This document shows positions 53,284 to 64,000 of a stretch of 64,000 nucleotides of DNA, piece after piece. Both the position numbers and the translations under genes were made by a program. The notes beneath the pieces are model-generated. The model was not told the DNA's origin. It saw only the letters and a list, made by a program, of their open reading frames with translations, and ran no database searches. Every line of letters begins with the position of its first letter. The first letter of the stretch is position 1. The stretch is from Eledone cirrhosa (lineage: Eukaryota): contig OZ024748.1 in assembly GCA_964016885.1 (NCBI GenBank), forward strand, positions 29,388,001 through 29,452,000, read 5' to 3'.

Positions 53284-53905
53284 CTGGTAGAGAAAAATAG
53301 AAATTTGCATTATATGAGCTAAGAGAAAAGCTGGGTACAAGAGGTATCAAATGTGTGCAGGAGAGATGACTACACTGGTATGGATATGTAATGCGTATGG
53401 ATGATGATTGTTGTGTGGAGAATGTTAATCTAAAGAAACTACATCTGACAAAGGAGATGACAAAAAAAACAGGCAAGTGGGGAGATGTATTGGAGAAATT
53501 TCATCTAACCTATGCAAGTATAGAAAAACAGATGGAAAATGATGATGATTAGTAAAAAATTACTTTGATTCAGTAAAACAGTCAACACCATCATCAACAT
53601 GTTAATTCTGACAAATATGATAGAGAAGGTGACAAAGCACTGGATGAACCTGGTTTGTTTACTTGGAAAAGAATAAATACTGCTAAAGATTACATAGAAA
53701 GATTACAAGATATATTGTGCCTACCATTAAAAGAAAAAAACAATAAAATGAGAGAAACTGTCTATATACTCAATCAATCAATTATATAGAGAACAGGACA
53801 AGAATATCTTATTTGGGGTAAATAACAACACACAAACACACACAAGATTGCTGTTGGTATTGTACAAATTAAAAATAACACACCAACATATTTCAGTCAA
53901 TATAC

Positions 53906-54000
53906 CTTGCCATATTTGGTAAAAAGCAATTTGAGGTCTGTAGCACGGGTTGTTGAAGCAAGACCACTGACCCACAAATTCCGGCTGTTTTCGTTGTTGC
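53906..54000 (-). CDS. SAFB: SAFB-like copy B exon 10 (RRM N-half)
   Basis: [27 protein letters not shown], characteristic of the SAFB/SLTM RRM. Confidence 0.95.
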
Positions 54001-54109
54001 CTATTAAACACAGAAATATTTCAATAACCATGTTGCAAATATATCAAAATGTTAAAATAAGTATAGAAAAGAAGCAAAAATCAGAGAAAATGGGGAAAAA
54101 AAAACTTAC

Positions 54110-54150
54110 TTTTGATATTTTTGACAACTTTTGGTTTAGAAACTGAAGAA
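54110..54150 (-). CDS. SAFB: SAFB-like copy B exon 9
   Basis: SSSVSKPKVVKNIK; ttacag/gtaagt; phase 2->1. Confidence 0.75.
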
Positions 54151-55771
54151 CTGTAACGACAAAACAATGGTTTAGAAATATCATCACCATCATCAACATC
54201 AAAAGTAAATGTCAAGGGAGAATTTTGAAACATAATTTCATTATTTATATGAATTGTAACTGAACTTGCAAACCCACACAATACCACTTTATATTAGGGT
54301 TCTCAATCTAAATATACAGATACAGATATATATTGAAATAAACAAAATACACACACACATACATGCATATACATATATACTCAAAGACATACTTATTATA
54401 TAAGAATGATGTGACAATGTAACTTTAATATTTAGCAAAGCATAACAAATGTTATACATAGTTAAATATATTTCTATACCTAATATCAAATTAATATTAC
54501 ATGTGAGTGGGAAAATGTAACGACGAAAGAAGCTTACCTCTTATTAAAATATGCTTTTGTACTAGCAATTTATCTATTTTAGATATAAATGAATACAAAA
54601 GCACTAATTTGAAATGGAATTATTGGTTGAGACAATGAATGGATTACCAATTAGTTAACAACTGACATTATACACCAGCAATAAAAAAACTAACAGTTAT
54701 CAAAAATGTACAGAAATACATGAACTATAGTCTTCAGGAAATTAAAAAGAGGTCAGCATATAATGTGCAATTCCCTAAACACTAACTGCTAGTTTAGCAG
54801 AAATATGGCTGGAATACAGGAACCAATAACTCAGTTTTCAATCTTTTCAAACATCATCCAATTTCTATCTTGTCAGAGAAATTATTAATTATCTGACATC
54901 CACAAATTCATCAATGTTTTTTTAAATTTTATTCTTGAGAACTCAGGCTTCCTCCTCTTCATTATTGTCATCTTCATCCAAACAGTTAGTTTTGCTTCAT
55001 GATATTGGTTATTAGTTCCAGTGGATAATACTTCAGTAATTTGGTAAATCTCCTAATATGTGAGTTTGAGCATCTCATGTAATCACACTCCAACTAAGAT
55101 TCCTTATCCCCAGCCAACTCCCAAACCATTTGCTGGCCCCTTTTCATTTCATGAACTATAGTTCACATTAATCATCTAAAGTATAAATATTTACTTCTAT
55201 AAACACACATCATTATCTACCAAACATCTTCAATGGTATCATCATATGTTTTTACTCAACAAATACACAAGCTTTATCAATTTGTTAGAGACTGTAGCAC
55301 ATAAGCCAAGAGAAATCCTGGCCTCTCAACACTTCCATTGTAGTCTCAAATATGAGAAACTGATGAAAAGATATCTCAGATATGTTTTAGTCAATTATAG
55401 CCCAGGCCATGTCTTATTTAATAGTAATCCTACAAATAAACTATTGCAATATATTAATTATCTGACATCCACAAGACTAGAGAGATGTCTAGCATTAGTA
55501 GTAGTAGTTTGGTGTTAAATCTACAATCAAACCAGATACACACACTCACATATCTTCTTTTTTAAATAACTCACAATTAACCATGAAAGGATGCTCTCTG
55601 AAGAAAACCTAATTAGATAGGTTAACTTATAGTTCCAGAGAAACTGTTCCTTTTGGCAGTTGTAGACCCCAGTTTTAGCCAAGGTGTCGACATCTGTTAC
55701 CGAGAAGTAAGATCATTTAACTAATGACATCTTTGAATCAAAGCAGTGGGAAAGATGACTTGAAAACCAAC

Positions 55772-56354
55772 CTCTTCGACTTTACATCTTTATCATCTTT
55801 CTTTTCATCAGTCTTCTTCTCAGTTTGCCCTCCTTCAATTTTACCTTTAGCCTTTTCCTCAACTGTGCTTCCATCTGTTTTCTTCACTTCACTTTTGCCA
55901 CTCACTTTGTCCTTAGGTGTCTTCTCTATTTTACCATTATTTGTTTTGGATGCCACAAGGTCAGCATCTAAATCATTCTGAGTGTCATCAACATGAACTA
56001 TAAGTGATTCATTTTCTTCACTCTGTTGAGTGGTGGAAGTGTCCATACTGATTGTGTCTTTTAATGTAAATGGAGCTATACAAGGTACACTGGTGGGTGT
56101 TGGAGGTAAACTATCCGAGAGAACTCTATTGGTCACATCGTCTCCTTTAGGTTCATTACAGTTTTGTTGCGGAGTTGTTGTTTTCCTACTGGCTGATGAG
56201 GGGTTTTCATCATTTTCTTTTTTTATATTATTCTCTGCTGATGAAGTCTTTTCACTCTTTTCTTCTGGTGTATTCATTTCTGATGATGAGGATAATCCAC
56301 TGTTTTCTTCTTTTCTGTTAGTTTCCACTGATGAAGATGACAGTACTGGCGGTG
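55772..56354 (-). CDS. SAFB: SAFB-like copy B exon 8 (low-complexity acidic/Lys-rich)
   Basis: Open 583 nt, APPVLSSSSVETN...ESLIVHVDDTQNDLDADL...KDVKSK; phase 1->2. Confidence 0.85.
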
Positions 56355-57230
56355 CTATAGAAAGTTAATTTAGAATGAAATAGTTGATACGAAATGAAAA
56401 CTTGTTAAACCTCACTCCACAACAGACTGTGTTCTGCAGAGAGTTTAAATAGAAAAGAAAGAATGCAATAAATAAAATGTTACTATTAAAGCTTTTAGTC
56501 TAGCAATCCTATAGGATTAATAGACTATAGGCTCTACAGTTGAAATATGGATAATAATTACATTTCAAATAGAAACTTTTGTGTCAAATTTTCACTCCAT
56601 ATATCCTCAGTGATATTGTCTTCAACACATTCAAAATAGAACTGAAGTAGTTGTACAAAACACTAAAACTAAGCTACAGGCTCTCAGAAAATATAGAACT
56701 GGATAGACTCTTGAGAAAAATACCACAAATGTCTCACTGACACACACATACATATATATTTATGTATGTAGTATACTGTTAACCATGGGATGGTTTCAGT
56801 AAATTCAGACATGTTTACACTGCTAATGCAATGGTAAGTAATTTAATGAGAGAGACAATAAAATGGTTTGTAGTAAAGTTTGAAACTCATGAGCAAGTCA
56901 TCAATGATCCAGAAATTTGTTAGGTGTTCTATTTCATTTACATAAATTACATTATTTTCCATGGATCCATTCGAATGCAGCATTATATAGCATATTATGG
57001 AGGAGTGTTGAATATGTTCTGGAATAGGATGTTAGTTGGTTGTCAGCCAGATCTCCATATGTGGAGGGTTTTCTCCACATCTGGAAGAACTGATGCCGAT
57101 AGAGAGATGAGAAAATACTGGAAGAATGAGTGAGGTTTCAATGCCGTCTAACTTCAGCTATTTTGAATCTAGGCAAATGCATAAACACACAAACACTAAA
57201 TATATATATAGCAGCTGCAATTTTACTCAC

Positions 57231-57275
<45 letters not shown>

Positions 57276-57675
57276 TGGCAAATCTAGCTCAGCCCATGGA
57301 TGTTACTTAAGAATGGCAGCAACAAATCAAAGACACATACAACAGTTGCCTTTTCAAACTTTTTCAATTGTGGCTCTTTTTGATCATTTAGCTTCTTTGT
57401 TTCACCGGGCTAATTCAATTTTGATAAGATAACATTATAAAGTTGAAATATAGCTATAATTCCTTGAAGAATATTGAGCTAACAATTTAAGGAACAAATC
57501 TTTATCTCCAAGCAAATATTACAAAATTCCCTCCTCAACTTGTTAGCTCAATATTCTTCAAGGAAAAATGTGAAGATAGTTTTCGGAGATATTTCTTGCT
57601 TTGAAATATATAGACTTGACAACTGTGCTATTCAGGTCTATCCCAAGTAGCCCAAGTGCTAAGTCATCACTGTTT

Positions 57676-57755
<80 letters not shown>

Positions 57756-58099
57756 TAGTACAGATTAAATATTTTAGTCTTTGTATTTATTATTACAATA
57801 TATATATATATTTGAACTGAAGAATCAAAATCTTACAGACTAACTGCAATTTCAATGTCTTCATCCTTAGATGTAAATTACATCTAGACAAATGCATGCA
57901 TAACACTCATATATATGTGTGTATGTCATCATCATCACTGTTTAACATCCATTTTTCCATGCTTGCATGAGTTAGACGGGTTGTCGATGCCAGTAGGCAA
58001 GTCTGGCCAGAGTTGGCCATGTCACACCTTGCTCCGGTGAGGACTATAAATTTGGCCGGGTATTTTACAGCTGGATGCCCTTCCTGACACCAACCACAT

Positions 58100-59215
58100 T
58101 TACAGTGTGAAACTGGATTTGCTCTGTTATGAAGAGGGACAGGCCAGTTGGCCGAGCTGAACCGTCTCACAAAGGAACAATATTTTCGGAGCCTGACCCA
58201 TCGCACAGCGGAACCATAATTTTGGAGCCCAGTATTGGATAGCACCGATATGAGGGGCCTAACCCATCACACAGTGTAGCCACAGTTTTGGGACCCGGCA
58301 CTGGATGGCACCGTTATGAAGAGGAGCAGGTCAGTCAGCTGCACCAAACCCATCTCACAACGGTACCAGTTTTGGGACCCGGTACGTGATGACACCACTA
58401 TGAGGAGGGATAGGTGCGGAACCACTGTTTGGGAGCCTGGCTTTGGATAGCAGCACTATGTGAGGAGACCAGTTGGAGCCCGGTACTAGATGGCACCTAT
58501 ACCAGAAGCCTAACCCATCTTACAGTGTAGCCTAGTTTTGTGGCCCAGTACTGGAAGGCACCACTATGAAGAGGAACAGAGGAACAGAGCAGTTGGCTGC
58601 GCCAAACCCATCTCACGTGACCACAGTTTTGGGGCCTGGTACTAAATGACACCATTATGAGGAAGGACAGGTGTGGAGCCACAGTTTGGGAACTTGGTGC
58701 TGGGTGGCACCCCTATGCGGAGGGATAGGCCAGTTGGCATCCCAGTTTTGGAACCAGGCACTTCTCAATACAAAACCACATTTTGAGAGCCTGAGACTGG
58801 ATGGCACTGGCTGCACCAAACCCTTCACGGTGATGAGGGACAAGTCAGTTGGCTGCGCTGAACACATCTAACAGCAGAACTTTTGAAGCTGAGCACTCTT
58901 CATGCAACGAACCCTTCTCATTAGAAAACTTCATTGTGTGAGCGTGAGACTGGATGACACTGCTATGAGGAGGGACAGGCCCATTGGCCATGCCAAGCCC
59001 TTCACACAGCGGCACCCCAGTTTCGAAGCCGGGCACTCTCTATGCAATGCACCCTTCTCAATACGAAGCCACATTTTGGGAGCCTGCGAAGGTATGGCAC
59101 TGCTATGAGGTGGGACAGCTCAGTTGGCCGCGCCAAACTCTTCTCGCAGCAGAACCTCATTTTGGAAACCAGAAACTGGATCAGCAGAACCACATTTTGG
59201 GAACCTGGAAACAGA
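58100..59215. repeat. Degenerate GC-rich tandem array (units roughly 50-90 bp)
   Basis: Recurring ccacattttgggagcctg, actggatggcacc, ctatgaggagggacagg and cagttggc modules. Confidence 0.75.
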
Positions 59216-59429
59216 TGGGGGTGAAATCCTAAAGCCAAGGCTGGGTTTTACATCGGGGGAGACAGCAGAAGTATTTAGAAGGAATTAAAAACATTGAAAT
59301 AATTGAAAATAGGGGAAGAGAGAAGATGAGAGAACTTGAGAGCAGTTAAATTCAAACTTGGATGGATTTATCTAATTATGGCTATTCACCAGACCAGAGG
59401 CCAGAGACAAGCAGCATGGCTGATGGCTC

Positions 59430-60303
59430 CTTTATTGTTTCTACTCACAATTGATTTTGTGATGCCAAAGGCCACAAATTGCCCACACCTTGAAATCAGG
59501 TGGAATAATTTTCATTAGACTGACCTAGATTATGCAGATGACACTGCCCTTCTCGGCAAATCAGAACAGTCATTGCAAGTAATGCTGCTAAATTTGGGGT
59601 AAGAATCAGCCCAGAGAAGACGAAGGTCATGTAAGTGAAAGAAGAAAACCCTATCAACATACAAGTAAATAACACATGTGCAGATGAGGTTGAGAGGTTC
59701 ACCTACCTGGGTGGTAGCATTTCCAACAAGTGTGACACGGAGCAAGACGTGCTGAACAGAATTGGAAAAGCAGGCTCTTTCTTTGGGAGGCTTAGAAACA
59801 TCTGGCAATCTAATCAGATGACTCTAAAAAGCAAGGTAGCTTTGTACAATTCTCTGATCATTCCAGTTGCCATCTATGCCAGTGAAACGTGGAAGAGACA
59901 GCAGGAATTGCTCACAAGCTAGATGTATTCCACCAGAGGTGCCTCCGAAAAATTCTTAACATCTCTTGGTAAGACAAAATAATCAATAAAGAAGTCTATG
60001 GGAGAACAAGGCAGAAACCACTAAGTATCACAGTGAAAGATCATCATCTGAGATTTCTTGGACATATCTTTAGAATGCCATCAACAAGACAGGCAAGGCT
60101 TTCTCTTGACTTGAAGCAAGAGTGTGGAAAAAGGAAACGTGAACGCCCATAAACAACTTGGAAGGGGACAGTCATGAAGGATCTAGATGCAGAAGAGCTG
60201 AGCTGGGAGGATACCAAAGCTCTTGCAGAAGAGCACAGAGGATGGAGATCTTTGGTTGATACCCAATGTTCCACATGGAATGGGAGGACCTGACTAACTA
60301 AAC
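59430..60303 (+). mobile_element. RTE-clade LINE 3' fragment (second family)
   Basis: DLDYADD, FTYLGGSI..RIGKA, IYASETW; (CTAA)n tail. Confidence 0.8.
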
Positions 60304-60752
60304 ATATTTATAAATCAATTTGTTCCTGAATACACACAGTAGAAGAAATAGGTTTAATTTTCTTTAATGTTAAGATTTAAATAACATTACAAACTAGATT
60401 AGTAGTTGATTACCATACACTGAACCAATATAGTTCCTCCTAAAGTAAAATCTTGTATAAACCATACTTAATATAAGTCTTTTCTTACAATATATCCATC
60501 ACTGATAAAATTACAGTCTGTATGTAACTAGCTTTAATAGTCAATTAAAAAATTAATATAAAATTTCACTTATAACATAAGTGAAATAACAGACAAAAAG
60601 ACAGTTTGTGTAAATACCATATTTGGACCAGTTTTATTATTTTTTATGGGAGAAGAAAGAAGAGAGGCTGAAACAACTGAAAGAAAATCAAGTAAAGTAT
60701 AACAACAATAAGCAGATTATTCTAAAAATTTACTGCATCTGAAATTTCCTAC

Positions 60753-60786
60753 CTGTGGTATCCTTTAATGTATCATCAGCTTCTTC
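60753..60786 (-). CDS. SAFB: SAFB-like copy B exon 7
   Basis: EEADDTLKDTT; same splice sites as copy A. Confidence 0.8.
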
Positions 60787-61248
60787 CTAAAATAGAGAAG
60801 AAGATATCTGATAACAACAACAACTGATGATATACAATACATAGCCATAGTAGAAATAAATTATTTGGATTGGTATCAAAAGGATTAATTTATTAATTTG
60901 TGGCTACTAATTTTAACAGCTTATCATAGTTACACTAATTTTACAAATATAATATTTTAACAATTGTGAATCAAAAACACTTGGAAATGTATTTACTTCT
61001 ATAATACAAACTAATTTATTTTAAAGTGTTTGTATTTATTTAATAACATTCCATAATAATTTTATGTAAGAAAATTAATTATGTTCTGAACACCAGCTTA
61101 ATAATAAGAAAGTCAGTCCTCTTACTAAATATCTCCAAATTCTTCATTATTTTCAAAGTGATTTTAAAAGTCATAGGCAGCGACTTTCATTAAAAATTTG
61201 GTAATAAAAGGGTTAAGGTATAAACATGCAAAACAAAAGTAGATTTAC

Positions 61249-61440
61249 CTTCAAAACAATATTAATTTCTTTGTTTGTATCAGGTAGCTCTTCCACAAGC
61301 AGGACTTTATCAAAGGTGTCATTTACCAACATATCTGATGGTTTTGTATCACTTGAAAGTATCTGATTGTCAGTAATATCAGGATTGGTGGTGTTTAGAA
61401 AGACATCAGCCAATGCCACATCAGATGTCTCTGTTTCTTT
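61249..61440 (-). CDS. SAFB: SAFB-like copy B exon 6
   Basis: Homolog of 21183-21386 with an in-frame 12-nt indel (VTSL absent). Confidence 0.85.
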
Positions 61441-62011
61441 CTGAAAATTTAAACAAAATATAATTTCAACTTTTAACTCTTAATACCAATCACCTCAAGC
61501 CACAACTGGTTCTATGATACTATGTTGTGATACGAGTACAGCCTAATATACCACTGAAAATATTGCTGTTGTCTATACTGGCTCTATCAAGACAAATAAC
61601 ACATGATGCTGTTAGCCATGCACAAATAAAATCACCAAATGTTCCAATATATATTTAAAAGAGGACAGTACCAACTGGAGTATGAAATCCTTGACTGCAG
61701 CCCCCTTAGGCAATATATAAATCCAGTACTGGGAGCAGCTAAATACCCTTTTATATACTGACTGGGGAATGATTTGAACTGTGTAATCTAACAGCTAAAC
61801 TGTACCAGAATGTATTTCCTGATCTACAATCAATATATTTCCTATGATCTACAATCAATATTTCCTATGATTTACAATCAAATATGATATTCTTCATAAT
61901 ATAAAAAAAAAACGAATGTAAAACACCAGTACCAAAAGTTGACAACAATTAGTGACAACTGGAAGATATGTAAAGGAAGTTAGTGAAAATATATTCATAA
62001 AGTTCACCAAC

Positions 62012-62049
62012 CTTAACCTTGACCATGTTGACTGTAGTAAGTTCATTTT
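62012..62049 (-). CDS. SAFB: SAFB-like copy B exon 5 (alternative in-frame donor would end it at 62018)
   Basis: NELTTVNMVKVK; homolog of 24494-24525. Confidence 0.7.
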
Positions 62050-62137
62050 CTAGAAATTAAAATAATACAATATTAGTTCAAGACACACACCACCATATAA
62101 CATAATATTGAGTGACATACATCTAGACACAGTTTAA

Positions 62138-62346
62138 CCCTTTAGCATTTAAACCGGCCAGAATTCTCTCACCTCTTTCTGTTTAAACTGGCCATAACCA
62201 GCTCCTCATATTTATGTTAAGGTTTTGTTCTTAAAATAAATAATATCAAAATCTCATAGATTCAATATTATGTAATAACTATGTAAAGTGAAGCCTTTAC
62301 CATGAAAATATAATAGTAAATATAGAGTAATGTAAATGCTAAAGGG
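62138..62346. mobile_element. piggyBac-type MITE
   Basis: 14-bp TIR CCCTTTAGCATTTA; TTAA/TTAG flanks; absent at the homologous site near 24605. Confidence 0.85.
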
Positions 62347-62710
62347 TTAGAATACAATTACACACACTATGTAACATAATAGTGTTGCACATATCTAAAC
62401 AGTCTAAAATACAATTACATACACACCACCATATAACTTAATATTATGTTACAAACATCTAAACACAGTTTAAAATACAAATACACACCACTACATAACT
62501 TAACATTGTACTGTGCACCCAGAATAAAAAAATATTATTTTTCCTATCATTGTTTATTGCAAATTTTCTGTTGAATAAGACCTCTATGGGGAAGAAGCAA
62601 AAACCCACAGCTAAAAAGATTGTGTCTATAGAATTTTATGATAATTTAAAGTTAGTAATTTTGCAGTTCTTTTGCACTAAAAATTAGTTAACAAAAGTCC
62701 AAAAAATATC

Positions 62711-62832
62711 TTGAAAAATCATCTAAAGTTTTATGCTGACCTGAATGTTCCTTGTTGGAGCATGCAACAGATCTGTTGCATGCTCCAACAAGGAACATTC
62801 AGGTCAGCATAAAACTTTAGATGATTTTTCAA
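62711..62832. repeat. Perfect 122-bp spacer-less palindrome
   Basis: Centre AGA|TCT at 62771/62772; extends to 62703-62840 with one mismatch. Confidence 0.95.
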
Positions 62833-63299
62833 AATATTTTCCATGAAAATAACATACTTTTGTGTTAAGCTGGACTTTTGTTTGATGGTACCCAATACAA
62901 TGAACTCAAATAGGCTGAAATATTTAATATAGATATTTAGAGACATTTCATTATCCCAGAGTTCAAATCAGGGTAGGCAGGTGTTTTTGGCACTTATCAA
63001 GAAAATGTTGTGCTGGCCTAAAAAAAAACAGTACATGTCTAAAACCCTAAAATTAGAGAGGCCATTTCATCTAACCATATGATAGGGAGTTGATTTTGAG
63101 CAATAATTGACATTTAGAAATAATACAGAGGCTTTGCAGTAACCAATGCATAAGTAGGAGAACTTAGAAAAGAATATACATTTTGAAACTGAATGCATAT
63201 ATCAGTACAAACTTTTAAACTAATACAAAGATAACATTTTCTAGTGTTCCACAAGTTCAATACTATGTAAAATACATGGAGGCAATTTTGTTTTCCTCT

Positions 63300-64000
63300 T
63301 GCATTGAAACTGAAACATTATGTTTGAGTGACCAAACTGTGTATCAATTTCTCCTCAAATTGAGCAACTAGGGTGAGGTCTTTTTGATGAAATTTCCAGA
63401 TGAGACATCATAAGCATCAATTTGAAGATGCCATAAATGTTTTTTCTGAAAGCAGGCGAAATCTTGCAACTGCCCCACTCTGGAATGACCTAATGTGTTT
63501 GTTCCAACTTTCAAGTGGATTTTCACTCCATTTTGCAATTGACTGTCCACCATTCTATTCAAAAGGTTCCCAGCTGTGAGCACACATTTGAACAATGAAA
63601 TTATAACCACCCATGAGAAGTCTCCCTTATCAAGAAATAAGTTTTTAGGTGTAACATTAAATCTATCCCAAGTGCCTTCAGTCTGTCAGACTTTCTTTTC
63701 TCATTCACTGATTGTGTGACATGGAGCATAACGTTGGTCAGAGACAAGAATATTTCATAATTGCCCTTGTCTTCCTGGTTCAACATGAGAGAACATACAT
63801 TTTGGCAGTTTTTCGAACTGAAAAATCAGTCAGCCAAAGGTCTGATATTAGTGTTCCCACCTATTCCACTGCATAAATCCATTGCATTCCAGTGGTTGAC
63901 CTGATATGGTCAATTGACAGTTGCTTGGCATGCTGAATAAACCACAATAGATTTTAAGCTTCACGCCATGTTTTTTGACCAGCAACCAAGTGATACAAAA
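63300..64000 (-). pseudogene. Transib/RAG1-like transposase relic (C-terminal half)
   Basis: Across frameshifts: LYHLVAGQKTW...GGNTNIRPLAD*FF...QMCAHSWE...SIAKWSENPLESWNKHIRSF. Confidence 0.7.

Overview
AT-rich, intron- and transposon-dense animal genomic DNA. The SINE and RTE repeat types resemble those of octopus/coleoid cephalopods (inference). The window holds two head-to-tail, minus-strand paralogs of a SAFB/SLTM-family gene (SAP domain, RRM, Arg/Glu-rich region, Gly-rich tail). Copy A shows its 5' half (exon 1 at 33864-34001 down to a partial exon at 1-9). Copy B shows its 3' part (62049 down to the stop at 38184). I assembled the exons by hand from GT-AG sites, and the phases are consistent throughout. 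Copy B has an internally duplicated exon and possibly a frame-shifted C-terminus. The two copies share homologous introns with patchy near-identity but carry different TE insertions. The TEs include an intact DD34D mariner with ~100-bp TIRs, a DD37D maT element, piggyBac derivatives, a Chapaev3-like element just upstream of copy A, a Transib/RAG1-like relic, a Helitron-like element, RTE, Tx1/L1, Dong/R4 and CRE-like LINEs, and SINEs. There are also minisatellites and palindromes. Identities are judged by eye and family names come from motif recognition, not database searches.
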